64,000 bases of DNA. Source: Camelus dromedarius. Its lineage: Eukaryota. Below the pieces are notes generated by a model. That model ran no database searches and was not told the origin of the DNA. It saw nothing but the letters and a program-made list of their open reading frames with translations. This document shows positions 24,167 to 38,699 of this stretch, piece by piece. The stretch spans positions 6,510,001-6,574,000 of the forward strand of contig NC_087436.1 of assembly GCF_036321535.1 (NCBI RefSeq), in the 5' to 3' direction. A program made the position numbers and the translations under genes. How positions within the stretch are numbered: position 1 is the stretch's first letter; each line of letters starts with the position of its first letter.

Positions 24167-27100
24167 GTAAGTAACTGGAGGGGCTGAGAGTCCTTGCCTC
24201 TGAGTTTATTGTAAGACACCATGTTCTTCAAAGTTAGATCCAACATTAAAAAAAATTAATTATAGTTTTCTATTTGCAAAATTATAATTTTCTATTAGAA
24301 ATGCAGCCTCAATTTGAGAATTTTATTTAAAAATCATTCGGGGATCACAATTATAAAAGTAATAAATCATGCCAGATATTGTTGTGAAAACAATTAATGT
24401 CAGCAGTCAGCATTGTTATTTGGCAGGGCCTTTTTCACAATCACTAGAAACACTGATTTAAAAGAAACTCTGATATAAAGAAAACTGAAAATAGAAGATC
24501 AGAGAAGCTGCTTGGATTTTAATGTTTGTAAGCGAAAAAGCTTCTGGGGTCTAAACCGTACTTCAGAGCTACCAAAAAGCCTTCTTAATTGTAACCTACT
24601 ATGTTTAGACATATACCAAAAATTTACAAAAACCCTGGGGGGAAGTGGGAGAGTATAATATTTTAGATCAGGAAGATTTATATAAATTACTCCTCTTAAA
24701 TAAATTTTGTCCATTTTAATAAAATATTCAAATGTAAGTGCGTGTCTTGAAGTTGTAATTTTAACACTAGCTTTTCAAACCTTGGTTGAAAGCGGGGGTT
24801 GGGGGAAAGAATCCTTTACTATATTTTTCCCTTTATGTTCCACCACAAATTGTAAAGTGTAGCTTTTTAAAAACATTTTTATTAGCTTTTGTCCTCTCTA
24901 CTCAAATGAGACTAATAAAAAGTGGAGCACTTCCCAACTTAAGGGGGTATACGTCCCTCTTGCGAGTCTCTCAGATGACTCAGTGATTTGTCTCAACCTC
25001 ACACTGTCTTATTGTCAAAATCTGAAGAACAAATTACTTGATCATTAAAAAGCTAAAAGTTTTTGAGAAAGGAAAAAGTTAACAGGTATAATTTAACTAC
25101 TAATATAATGCAAAAAACTAAGGGACTAAACCATTTTATCTCAAAATGTAGTTTTCATTTTCTCTCTTTTTTTTTGTAAATTCTTTTCATTTCTTAAAAT
25201 TCAATAAAATCTTTTTATATTTCACCTATTCCCAAAAGGCTGTTAGGCAGTTTACGATAAAAATATGGCTACTAACAGGCTTAAACAACTAATGTGATGC
25301 AAAAGACAAAAATTCCATGGTGAATGGGAAAAGCAATGAGGAATGAGGTCAAAGAGGGAAAATAATGGGTTACATAGCTTTCATAGTCCGGTTTGCAAAG
25401 CAAAAACAAACAAAAGGGGGGGAAATGGATCAAGTGAGCAAGAGAAATAAATTTTTGCCCAATCCTGAACTCTGGGAGAAGTGTGTCCTAAGTATACGTG
25501 CATCAGAATACAGTTGCACCAAAAATGATGGTTCAAAAATTACAAACGCAATTTTTTAAACAATTTTTTGTAATGAACAAATATCTAATTTTAATTACAG
25601 TTCTTTCAAGACAGATTGGGGGGGGTGGTAATGAATAATTAAATGTCTTTTTTCAAGCTTAAAAGCAGTGTAAAAATGGAATGGGAAGACTAGTGTGAAA
25701 TTGGGAGGGTGAAACTTAAATTAAGGTTCCTATTGTATCACTTTATTTAAATCAGATTATCATAAGGACTTATTGGAAATTAATGTGAGAAGTGCTTCCA
25801 ATAATTTTTGATTGAATGAAAGAATGAATGGAATTCACATTTATAAAGTCACTTCCCAAGAACAGTTATCATGGAAAACATATCCATCATTAACGAATAC
25901 ATTAATACACTTTAAATGTGAGGAGTTTGGAAAGCACAGAGACTTGTCAAGAATTCTTTACTCAGCCATAATTTCACCTCTCAAAAGCTACCAGCATTAA
26001 CTTACTGGTGCATTCATCATCTTTTTTGAAATTTCAACATAGTTGCAATTTTCTGTGCCATCCATTTTTATCATATTTTCAGTTAGCATTTTGGCATAAT
26101 CAGGTACCCATATTATTACAAACCTTTCAAAATACTATACATATTTTAAGGGACATAATTTGCTTCATCCTTGTTTTGTTGTTGGGTATGTAGGTGTTAT
26201 CTTGTTCATTTTTCCCCGTCACAAGTAACCCCGTAATCCACATGTATGGGTTATCTCAACTCAGTCTATAGAAGTAGAAAAAACACACCGGAATTAATGT
26301 TGACTTCACTGCCCTCTGTTTTCACCCTCTTACTGTCCCTCGCAGGACCTTCATCTTCCTTGCCAACGCTCCCCTTCTCTTCCCCACAACAGTCACATCA
26401 GCACATGACTTCACCAAGAGAGACAGAATAGCTTTCAGAGATCCTTGCCAAAATGGTCACTTACAACCATAAAACTGTTTAAAAGTTCTTGGCAGAGCCT
26501 CTGTTTACAAAACACAGAAAACCCCAGTTGTGATCTTGCACTCTCATGGTCCCGTAAGGAGTCTGCAGAGTTATTTCGGAGGAGAGGAAAAACATCTGTG
26601 GCCTCAGATCTGAGCAAAGGGACACGTCACTGTGTCCAAGGCTGGTGCCAAGGTGCTCACTACCACCACCCACCAGCTTTGTCACCGGAATCTCTTCTTG
26701 GCAGTGACAATGCTTTAGTCAGCTATTCTTATTTTTAAGTAGGTAATTATATACAAAGCATTGTCTTTCTGGCTTCTTTGAGGATGTTGGTTGACTTGGC
26801 CACACATGGCAATGGTCAGGAGAAGCTGTTCCACGGGTCATCTGGACACAGCTGACGCCTGCTTTGCCTGCCTCTGTAGATATCCGAGTCTGTAACCCCT
26901 GCTTGAAGTGCAGGGCTTGCAGATAAAAGCAGAAGGGAGGTACGCCTCATCGCTCTCAGTACTGGTCCAGTCCCATCAGGTCAGGAATCAGACAGTCCAT
27001 CACACTGAATAATAATCCCACCTCATTGTTTAGCTATATGAACACACCGCTGCAAGTCTCTAACAGACTTTAGAAATATCAGATCACATCTTAAGACTAT

Positions 27101-27784
27101 CATGATAGCCCCATGAGACTGCCAAAGCATGCGTCCTAATGTCCCTCTTTTTCCAACACCCAGCGAGAACAGAAGGGCTCAGCATAAAAAGTATTCACTT
27201 CCATAAGTGAAGCTGTGGACATCTCTACATCCCTGCATAAGTCAAAGCAGATCACTAAAAATCTTTTAAAGAACTCCTGAGTTTTCCAAAAAAAAAAAAA
27301 ATTCTACCAGCACTGAGTTCAGAGTTTAGTTCTCTTTCTTGCTAATTAAAAATGGCTTAGTCCTCCATTAAAGCTATTCGTAGATACTTTATTCTTAAGT
27401 AGCAGCTTTAATATGAACAACAAAGCCCATCACACACTGTCATGTCGCCCTTGGGCACAGCTACTCTCCGAGGACAAGTCAGAGAGGATGACGTCATTCA
27501 TTATTTTGCACCAACTGGAGAAGAGCAGGTAGCTATTTAAAAAAAAATGCATGAACTGGTAACTGTGTATGTTTCCTTATCTTAGAGTTCTAGCATCATT
27601 TTAATGTTAAATTAAAAGCAAAACCTTGGAACCTTAATTTAAAGCTTTGCGCAAATGGCTTACATTAAGACGTGACCCACTTTTGTATATAATTTTCTCA
27701 TAGCTTTTCGTTTCTTTCTTTTCATTACCTTCCTGTTCCTGGTCCCTCGGTATCCCCATTCCTCACTACGTCCTCTTTATTCAG

Positions 27785-27890
27785 TGGTCGGTTCTGTGCC
27801 CGGGCAATGTCTTTGCCGAGGTTTAGAGCTTAACTGTGATGAGACCAATTTACGAGCTGTTCCATCAGTTTCTTCAAATGTGACTTTGAT
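27785..27890 (+). CDS. RXFP1: RXFP1 exon 4: LRR N-terminal cap
   Basis: cag|TG...GAT|gtaagt, 106 nt; LVGSVPGQCLCRGLELNCDETNLRAVPSVSSNVTLM. Confidence 0.95.
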
Positions 27891-30611
27891 GTAAGTAGAA
27901 AAGAATGGCTTCACCCTGACTGCCAGAACAGCACCTGTAAAATGTGTTGTAACTAAGGCTTAATTGTCATTATTACTAATGCACTGTCATTCAAAGATGA
28001 TATCATTGTTCCTTGGTCAATTATAATAATTGCTGACACTTATTTGCATTTATTAAAAGATAGATCCTACTCTAAATTATTCTATATATTCACTTATTTA
28101 GTTCCTCATAACAATCTTACAGAGTATTTAGTACCACCATATTTCATCTAAACAAAAGATGCAATCGAATGTATGTGCTACTGAAGAAAAAAGGCTACCA
28201 ATTAAATTATCATATAGAGCTTTCTTGTTACAAGAATTGACACTTATTGGAAAAGTGTCAAAAGTGAAAAGTTTTTGACTTTATTGGAAATAAACTGTAA
28301 TACACTCATGTATAAATAAAAATATGAAGCAAGTAAAACAAGCTGGATAAAATATTCCAGAACTTCACATTTAAAATCTGCCTCTTCTGAACCACATTTT
28401 GACTCAGAGATTTGATGTTGGTTTTTCCCTGAAGTAACTCAAATGTATGAATGTAAGAGAAAATTATTCTCATAATAAGCAGTTTATGGATCCAATACTA
28501 ATTTGAATTTAACAAACTTCAGCAACACAAACAGACATTTGGCTGAAACTTTCAAAAGACATTAGCAGAGGACAAACATTTTAGTCCAAGTTTTGCTGAG
28601 TTTTTGGTTTTCTTCCATAGGTTTTAGTGCCTTATGGCTCTGACTTTTGTATATATGAGGACAGACTAGGAGGGATCTTTAAGGCTACAAATGTTGGCGA
28701 GACTTGCCTTTTTTCAACCCAAACCACATAACACTGCAACTCACGTGCTTAACACATACAAGGGGTGGGGAAGAGCCTCAGCTTGGTTCCTTTACATAGG
28801 TACCATCAAATTAGCAGAGTCTGGGGGACTTATCCAACTTGGTAACGAGATGAGGAGAGCAGGCAGGTTAAGCCACGACGACTTGTTTTCCAGAGGTGAG
28901 ACTCCCACCTGTACTAAGACAGCATTCTATCCTACCCTCAATTTACCACAGCTTTTTTTAGTAATTAGTCCTACTAGAAAAAAAAATCCCCTCTCCCCAA
29001 AAAATCTGAGGTACCACTGAGTTTCCATGATCTAAACGCTGACTAGAATGGCTGGGTATAAAAATGTGTGATGATTTCAATTGGTTTTCAAAGAAGAAAA
29101 CATTACCACCCATATTGCTTGTGTCAGATTACTAGAAAATCCAAATCCATGAATACATTGATAGTAGCATTTCTCATTTTCCCACAAGTAAGATTTGAAC
29201 CCATTCTTCAACAATTTAATTCGCCTTTGTGGAAGAAAGGAAGAGAGGGAGGGGACTGGAGGAATGGAAGTGGAGATGATGATGACTAGGGTGGGAGTGT
29301 AAGCCCTACCTAAAGGCATTCTGATTCCAGTTTTAAAAACTGTCCTGGCTCAACACGTACAGACACATAAATTCATGCAGACAGACATTCACAGAGAGGT
29401 GTGTACAGGCCTGTGGGCCACGAGCTTACAGCCCTTGGTATAAAGAAAAAAACTGGTTCAGATCTTCATGAAGGATTGGCTACAAAAGGCCAGGGAGAAG
29501 GCAAGGCTGAAGATGACTCCAAGGTTTCCATCTTGAGTAAAAGTGATGGGGAGACGTGGTGACAGACAGTGGGGAGCACTTGAACTCCAATTTAGATGTT
29601 TTTTCATTTGGTGATTAACGGTCACTCGGGAAATTTCCAACAGGCATTTGGAGAAGCGGGACTCAAGCTCAGGAGTTTATGTCTATTACACTTTATTTTT
29701 TGTTGAAAAATAGCATTTTCTTGTGCTTTGGGTTGAAGGGCTCAATCCAGGTTATCCATTTCCACCTTTATCTGCAGAACACTGACTCCCATCAGTGTCT
29801 CTGTTCAATTCCATAGAAAAATGGAACTCTAGGCTTTACAAAAAATATATTAAGAGTAAATATCATTTTTTTTACTCGGCTTGTACCATATTTTTGAGCG
29901 GGAACTATCATAGGGAAATGCCAGAAATGAGCGAGTTGACTCATATGTAAGTAAGTACTGAAGTATCAAAGAGGACAATAATCCAAGTAATATTTTTCAA
30001 AACTATAATTTTTTGAGACATTTCATATAAATGCTAGTGAACAAAAGAGACAAACGGGTAAAAGTATTATGTATACATTGCCTAGCTTGCTAAATGTTAG
30101 CTTTGTGTGACAGCTAACGTGTAGATCCTAGAATTTAATCACTAAAAGCACATAATCCAATAATAAGAGCTTTCTTTATAAAAACTAGAGATAGCTCTGA
30201 CAATCAAAACAAAGTATATTATCTGACATCCAAACAGAGTATAAGCTTCTTAAGGGCAAGGATATTACCTTTTTTCCCAGTATGCAAATGGAAGGCATTC
30301 AACACATTTGTTGAGAAAATGAATGAATGAATGAATGTATGGGACTTTTTTGAGAGCACATCAGTATCCTTAAATCAAACTCAAATATTTCAGTTTGTCT
30401 TTATACAACACAAACATATAAACTGGATATAAAGGAGAATTGAAGGTCTAAGCCAACTGAGACTCATCAGCAGAAAAAAGGGATTTTCAGTTCGCTAATA
30501 TTAGGAATGAAAGAACATCTGGTAACAGGCATTTCAAGAGAGGGTTACTAGTTAATCAAACTTTGACCTTCATTTATTAAAAAATCACTAAGCGACTGGA
30601 ATGCATAGTCT

Positions 30612-30844
30612 AGAATAATGCTTCTTAACCTTTTTTCTTACCAATATTGCCCCCCTTCCCAAGCCTTTTCAGACATTTATTTGTCCCCCTCTGTGATATA
30701 TTAATACTATGTGTATACTATGTTTCTATTTACATATGTCTGTTCTTTATCCATTAAAAAAGTAAGATTTTTTTTCACTCCCTAAGAACCAATTTTCACC
30801 CCCTTGGAATACTAACACTCGCATTGAGAATACACAGTTTTCTA
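30612..30844. mobile_element. probable hAT-Charlie-type MITE
   Basis: Imperfect termini gcttcttaacc / cattgagaatac bracketed by tctag; family uncertain. Confidence 0.35.
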
Positions 30845-31792
30845 GACTCCAGAACAGTTTATTTCTCCTATTAGTTTCCAAAAATGTGTCATAGGGAGTC
30901 TGAGAAATTCTTTTTCTATAAGAAGGATTCATTGCCAAGTTCAAGCAGCACTGGTCCAAAACCAACATGAAAGCTAATAACATCATTAGAGTCTTGTATG
31001 AAACTGTCTTCACCTGATGAAGTGTTTCCATGTGTTTATTCCACAGCAAGTCAGACTCACTACAGTGAAGTCTGTTGCTCTTTTCTCAATGAGCATCTGC
31101 TCCACCATAACATATAATGATGGTAATAACAATGGCATGACATTATTAGAGGTCATCTAGTCCAAATCCATCCTTTCACTGTTAAAGAAACTGACATGGA
31201 AAGATTGTGTATGATTCATACAAGGGACCCCCCCCCCCAACTTTGATAGTTTGGGTTTTTTGCTTGTTTTATTTCTTTCCTACCATGTATCGTTGCTTAA
31301 AAAATTAAAGGTTAGGTCCTTTCCAATGCAACAACAATTATGTGAACCTGGTCTGTGTCAAGCTGCCTATCAAATTGTGACCCTAGGGGAAATCTTTCTA
31401 TACGATTTACTAGAAATCGCAATGGAATCACTTACTGATTAAAAATGGTTCAATTGTATGTACCAATTGACAGGTTCCTTTGTAACTAATTTTTAAAGGA
31501 AGCAAAGGTAGTGGAATGTGAGAATTGAAATATTGAGGAATATAAAATTATTTAAGTTCTTGGATGTGTTTTAAACAAGAAAACACTATTTTTATTGTCA
31601 TGCAAAAACTGAGATGCTTTCTGTTTGTTAAATAAAAACAGAAAGAGAGAACACAACTGAAAATTTTTTTCCCAGTTTTATTATGTCTTTGTTGTCAGAA
31701 TTAAACCATGTTCTAAGTTAAATTTAAGAAAAGATGAATATCTCTAATAATACAAGATCAACAGTTAGACTTAGTCCAAATGGAACTATGAA

Positions 31793-34700
31793 GGAGTTCT
31801 CAAGATGGCAGAGTACAGACACCCTGAGCTCACCTCCTTCCACAAGCACACCTAAATCACAACCATCTGCAAAACAACCAGCAATGAAAAAGACCAGAAC
31901 CTACCAGAAAATATCTTCTACAACTAAAGACAGAAAGAAGTAACCACAAGAAGACAGGTAGGAGGGGCAGAGTCATGATACAGTCAAGACCTACACCCCC
32001 AAGTGGGCGACCCACAAACAGGAGAATAATTATAACTGCAGATTCTCCCAAAAGAGTGAGGGTCTGAGCCCCACATTGGGCTCCATGTCCTGTACCAGGA
32101 AGACAAGCTCCAAGAACATTTGGCTTTGAAGGCCATCAGGGCTTACTTTCAGCAGTTCCAGAGGGCTGTGCGAAATAGAGACTCCACTCTTAAGGGGCGC
32201 ACACAAAATCTCACATGCACCGAGACCCAGGGCAGAAGCAGTAATCTGAAAGGAGCCTGGGTCAGACCCACCTGCTCATCTTGGAGAGTCTCCAGGAGAG
32301 GAGGAGGCAACTGAAGCTCACCCTGAGGACACAGATGCTGGTGGCAGCCGTTTTAAGGAGCTTGTTCTACCATGTGGACACTGATGCTGGGAAGTGCCAT
32401 TGTGGAGTCTTCCTTCTGTTTATCAGCATCAGGACCCAGCCCTACCCCTGCCCACCATCCTGTAGGCTCCAGGACTAGGACGTCTCAGGCCAAGCAACTA
32501 ACTGTATGGAGACACAGCCTCACCCAGCAGAGTCTGCCTTCAGACTTCCTGCACCCACAGCCACCCTGGACACAACCCTGGCCCCACACACCAGTAAGCA
32601 GGCACTAGACCCAGGATCCCACACAGCCCACACAGGGGGAGCCCCTAGAGCACACAGCTCTGGTGACCAGAGGGGAGTGTGCTACTGGGACACACAGGAC
32701 GTCTCTTACAAACACTCACTTCTCCAGGGTCGGGAAACATAACTAACGTACCAGATACATGGAAATAAAAACAGAAAATGAGGCAAAATGAGGTGACAGA
32801 GGAACATGTTCCAAATGAAGGAACAAGATAAAACCCCAGAAGAACTAAGTGAAATGGAGATAGGCAATCTACCTGAGAAAGAGTTCAGGATACTGAGTGT
32901 AAAAACGATCAAAGAACTCAGGAGGAGAATGGATGCACAGAGCAAGAATTAGAAGTTTTTAAAAATGAGTTAGAAAATATAAAGAACAACCAAACAGAGC
33001 TGAAGACTACAATAACTGAAATGAAAAAACACACTAGAAGAAATCAACAATAGACTAAATGATACAGAGGAATGGACCAGTGAACTGGAAGACAGGGTAA
33101 AGGAAACCACCCAAGCTGAACAGTAAAAAGAAAAAAGAATGAAAAGAAATGAGGACATTTTAAGAAACCTCTGGGACAACATCAAGTGCACTAACATTTG
33201 CATTACAGGGTTCCCAGAAGGAGAGGTGGAGAACATATTTGAAGACATAATAGCTGAAAACATCCCTAACCTGGTTGGGGGGAAACAAGACATCTAGGTC
33301 CAGGAAGCACAGAGAGTCCCAAACAGGATCAACCTAAAGAGTCACACTGTAATTAAAATGAGAAAACTAAAGATAAGGAGAGAATATTAAAAGCACCAAG
33401 GGAAAAGTAAAAGTAACATTCAAGGGAACTCCCATGAGACTATCAGCTGATTTTTCAACAGAAAGTCTACAGGCCAGAAGGGAGTGGCACAGTATACATT
33501 GAAAGTGATCAAAGGGAAAGACCTACAACCAAGAGTATTGTACCCGGCAAAGCTTTCATCCACGTTTGAAGGAGAGCTCAAAAGTTTCACAGACAAGCAA
33601 AACCCAAAAGAGTTCGGCACCATCAAGCCAGCTTTACAACAAATGTTAAAGGAAATTCTCTAAGCAAAAAAGAAAAGGCCACAACCCAACTAGAAACGTG
33701 AAAATCACTACAGGAAAAACCTGGTAAATGCAAATATACAGTAAAGGTAGTAAATCAACCTCATACAAAGCTAGTGGGAAGAGTGAAATACTAAAGTAGT
33801 AAAATTATTTATATCCACAATTAGCGGTTAAGGGATACACAAAACAAACAGATGTACAATGTGATGTCAAAAACAACTGTTGTTGGGGGAGGAGAGTGAA
33901 AAATGCAGGAGTATTAAAATGCTTTTGAAATCAACAGATCAGCAACTTAAGGCAAAGGAAACAAAAGCAAAAGTACACGAATGAGGCCTAATTAAACTTA
34001 AAAGCCTTTGCACAGCAAAGGAAACCATCAACAAAATGAAAAGACAACCTACTGAATGGGAGAAAATATTTGCAAATGATATGACCAACAAGGGGTTAAT
34101 ATACAAAATATATAAAGAGTACTTACAACTCAATGTCACAAAAACCAAGAACATGATTAAAAAATGGGCAGAAACCTGAATAGACATTTTTCCAAAGGAG
34201 ACATACAGATGGCCAACAGGCACATGAAAAGATGCTCAACATCACTCATCATCAGGGAAATGCAAATCAAAATTACAATGAGGTACACCTCACATCTGTC
34301 AGAATAGCTGTCATCAAAAAGGACACAAATAAAAAGTGTTGGTGAGGCTGTGGAGAAAGCGAACCCTCATACACTGCTGGTGGGAATGCAGTTTGGTGCA
34401 GCCACTGTGGAAAACAGTATGGAAGTTCCTCAAAAAATTAAAAATAGAACTACCGTGTGACCCATAAATTCCACTCCCAGGTGTATATCTGAAGAAAATG
34501 AAAACACTAATTCAAAAACATACATGTACCGCACTGTTCATAGCGTCATAATTTACAATAGCCAAGACACGAAAGCAAACCGAGTGCCCATCAACAGAAC
34601 AAAGGATAAAGATGTTTTAAATACATACACACACACACACAATGAAATACTACTCAGTGATAAAAAGGATAAAATGCCATTTGCAGCAATATGGATGGAC

Positions 34701-35124
34701 CTAGAATATATTATGCCAGTGAAGTCAGTCAGACAGAGAAAGACAAATACTGTATGTTGTCACTTACATGTGGAATCTAAAACATAAAACAAATTAGTAA
34801 ACATAACAAAACAGAAAGAGACTCACAGATATAGAGACCAAACTAGAGGTTACTAGTGGGGAGAGGGAAGAGGGGAGGATGAGACAGGGGCAGGGGAAGA
34901 AGAGATACAAATTTCTATGTATTAAATAAATGAGCTGCATCACAGGGAATATAGCCAATATTTTATAATAATTATAAATGAAGTATAATCCATAAATATT
35001 TTGAATCACTTTGTTGTACACCTGAAACTAATATAATATTGTGGATCAACTATATCTCAATACAATTAATTAATTTAAATAAATAAAATGAAAATAACTC
35101 TCAAAATCTGTTAAAAAATTTTTT
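31793..35124 (+). mobile_element. LINE-1 with 5' UTR, ORF1 and 3' end but most of ORF2 deleted
   Basis: 5' caagatggc YY1-like start; disabled ORF1 ~32788-33663; abrupt jump to late ORF2 at ~33950; degenerate TSD aaatggaactatgaa / aaatggtattaggaa (12/15). Confidence 0.9.
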
Positions 35125-35276
35125 AAATGGTATTAGGAATACAAGAGTGACACCATGAAGCAAAGTGTTTCCTGAGAGCTGGTGTTATTTATGGTGTAAA
35201 TAAAGTTTATAGTTATTCATACTGTTTTTAAAAGTAAAGAAAAAACTTTAAGAACCAAAATTCGCATTTATTTCAG

Positions 35277-35348
35277 GTCGCTTCAGTGGAACTTAATAAG
35301 AAAGCTTCCTCGTGATGGCTTCAAGAAGTACCATGATCTTCAGCAACT
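35277..35348 (+). CDS. RXFP1: RXFP1 exon 5 (LRR)
   Basis: cag|G...CT|gtaaga, 72 nt; SLQWNLIRKLPRDGFKKYHDLQQL. Confidence 0.95.
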
Positions 35349-37666
35349 GTAAGAAAAATGTTAATTCTTGGTATTAAATTAGCTGACTTTTGCAGGGGAC
35401 ATACCTGTTTCTTCCCACTTCTGCAAGAACCAACTGTTTAAGTCCAATCCCTCTTTGGGGAATTATTTCACTGTTAGCTGGAGACTACGAGGTAACATTT
35501 TTTTTTTTTCCTGAGCAATTCTAAAAGCCATCTGAGAAAAATCTCAGATACCTACCCCCAAAGAACCTGGAGGACGTGTGCTGTGAATCCTCCCACCACA
35601 CTCCCCCCTGGTGAAGATACTCAGGTGGTGTCACTCGCTGCCCCTCCGTGCATCTTAGAGAAAGATGTAATGGCCTTTCACCAGATCTGCCATCGAGATT
35701 AGATAGTGAAGAGCTTTCCTATGTTTGCAAATTCAAGCTCTACCTGAGAGAGCAAGTCCTTGTGGGTTGAAACCTCCAAGTATGCTGGTTTGGGGACTTA
35801 ATTCCATTTTCACTTCTGCCTTGTTGGCTGAGTTTTATTTTACCCTTGAGTAGTTATCTGACATGCAGCTTCCCTTCAGTTTAAGATTATCTATGTACTT
35901 GCAGGATCCATAATAGACCAGGTGACGGCTGCCTGCTCTTTAGGTCAACTTTGTGGCTAGATCATACTGTCATGTGCTTAAACGGTTGCGTTGAAATGCC
36001 GGCACCACACTATCTAGAAAATGTCTCAGAACTTCTGGCTTCATTTTCACGTCTATATGGGTTTTAGTTCTGTAAAAAAATGAAAACAAAAAACCACTGG
36101 AGAACTCTGGTACGTGGATACAATCCACCTGTACATTTTTCTTTAGGATAACAGAAACAGAGTAGAATCAGAAGAAATATTTACCCACTTTGATAAAATG
36201 TTCTCAAAGCTCCGATGAGCTGCGGAAAAGTGTTTCATATTGGAAAATTAAATTCCAATAAAAAGGCTTTTCAGAACTTTTTTGTAGACATTGATGGACT
36301 AACAGGGAAGAGCTTTTCAAAATCAGGCCTGATACAAAAATTTCAAGATACTTCCTTTTTCTGTTTTCTGATTTTGGGAGTAAGAGGACTTTTCTGAGCT
36401 GCAGCTCCACCTTATGTCCACATCGTTTAAAAGGGGTTAGGACTTCAACTCTAAACATCAGAATTCAGTCATTAGCATTTCTCACACAACAAACGCTGAA
36501 TTAATTCTTGAACAACCAATTTGTTCCAAGAAAGAGGTCAAAATAGCTTAATTACAAAAAAAAATTCTAATAGGTTATTAGAGACGTAGTTTGTCTCAAA
36601 CTCCAGGCAATATAGTCTATTGTTCAGTAGATCATTACCATAGTTAGAAATAAATGAATGAACACCACGACTCAGGTATAAACTCATGTATAAATGAATG
36701 CCATGAAAGTTTGACTGTGCTTTAGTGAGGAAGCTACATTATCTCCTACACGATTGGACCCTCAGCATGCTAGGTGGATGACAGACTTAATAATAATATT
36801 TTACAATTAAAGTGAGGTTTTCTTGCATGTTGGAGAAATAGGGACTCTCCTTTAGTCGACGTTTCTGATTAAGAGACTTCTTTCATAGGGGCTTATCCTT
36901 TATTACTCCTAAAATCTGTGAAAAATTATACAAAAACTCAGAAAACCCTAAAGGACAATGGTGACCTGCATCAGAAGAGGAAATCAGGCTCGAAGCCCCT
37001 CCTTGTCCTGTTCACAACCTGTGGCTGGTGTGCACAGGTGTGCGATGCTTAAATGGGTGCGTGTGATGCAGTGGCTGGTGTCCGGGTTCTGTTTCCTCTG
37101 ACCTGCTGTAAACTCCAGGCCCAACACCCAGCGTGACCTCGGGGAACTATGTGAACCCGCATCATTCTGGCTTGGCCTTCCAAGCTAATTTATATCCTTC
37201 CAGTCTGGATTCTCTTTATTTCTGTTTTTCTCTTTCATCATTTATCTTCCTGATGAGTTTCCTCAAACACTGTTTGGAGTTAAGACTTGGATATCACATT
37301 AATAAAATTCAAGTCCACTTGGCTGATCTGTGATCAGCATGGAATATGGTTTGGAGTCCTAACGATCTCACATACTTGTAGTTTTACCAGCACTGTGTCG
37401 AGCACTGTCAAGTTTGTAGAATTACAGCAGGAAATGTTAAAAAGTTAAAGAAAAACAAAGCCTCTAGGCCTCTTTGATTAGTGAATGCCTTACTATGCAG
37501 TAAACTAAAGTTTCACTCATAGAAAATTCAAACATTAAATTTTAGCTCTCATATGTTTACCTTTATAATGGGAATTTCTACATAAAGACGAGCCTAATCA
37601 TACACTAACTTAATAGCAAAGCAAAGTACCATGCAGTTTCGCTACATTATTTTGTTGTGGCTACCC

Positions 37667-37835
37667 TTTTTCATTTTTAAAAAGTTCTAATTGTGGCAAA
37701 AAACATGCGACGTGAAACATACAGTCTTAACCATTTTTAAATGTACATTCAGGGGCGTTAAGGACACCCACAGTTTTGCACTCCCATCACCACCATCCAC
37801 CCACAGGACTCTTCATTTGGCAAAACTGAAACTCA
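37667..37835 (-). mobile_element. old LINE-1 3' end fragment
   Basis: cttaaccatttttaaatgtacattcag...atcaccaccatcca...aaaactgaaactc. Confidence 0.75.
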
Positions 37836-37873
37836 GTTTCATTATGTTTTCCTTTTAATCATCATTTTCACAG

Positions 37874-37945
37874 GTGTCTGCAAAACAATAAGATTAGATC
37901 CATATCCATCCATGCTTTCAGAGGACTGTCCAGTCTCACCAAGCT
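37874..37945 (+). CDS. RXFP1: RXFP1 exon 6 (LRR)
   Basis: cag|G...CT|gtaagt, 72 nt; CLQNNKIRSISIHAFRGLSSLTKL. Confidence 0.95.
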
Positions 37946-38329
37946 GTAAGTACTGGGGCCAATAATTTCCCCGCTCCCTGAGGTGTTCATGGGGAAGTGT
38001 TGAGCCGGGGCTCTGGATGTGCAAGGGAAGGAGGGGAGTGGCCCTAACTGGAGGCACTATCCCTGCCACCCCCAAGCAAAGTCACCCTGATGCAGGAAGA
38101 GGAGATTCCTGGCAGGAGGAATTTTCCAGGACGTCAGCACCAAGATCTGTCAGGGTGGAGAAAAGAGTGAAACTGGTGTGGTCCATGTATCAGTGGAAGT
38201 GGAATTTGAAGGAATACTTGCATAGGAATTGTAGGTGGAGAGGAAAGAAGTTGAAGTTGGAAGTTGAACAGAGACATGGCTCTAATAAGATGCACCCAGT
38301 GCTTATGATGTGCACGGCCTCAAATGTTC

Positions 38330-38480
38330 AACAGCCCAATAAATTAGGTACTCGTATTATTTCTATTTTAGACTTGGGGAAACTGAGGCTCTCAGAAGCT
38401 GTTGATTGTTTAAGGCCACACGATTAACAAGTGGCAAAGCTGGGAACCAGTCTGTCTGATAGCAGACTCAGAGCAGCGAG
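38330..38480 (-). mobile_element. MIR fragment
   Basis: attttagacttggggaaactgaggctctcagaag core. Confidence 0.7.
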
Positions 38481-38699
38481 TTGCTGCACTAGAGAAGTTG
38501 AGATAGAAATAAACACACAAGAGGAGGTCAGCGTCAGCCCCGTAGAACAGAGAGTCGGCTCGCTGTGCAGAAGAGTGAAAGGTCAAGTTGGGTGAGTGAG
38601 GTGGGGAAAGAGTCTCCAGGAAGACTTCAATGTCCTTTTCTCCAGAGCATCTCCCTGCCTGCCCCTGGTATGTCTCCCATCTCTCCTCACAGACTCTCT

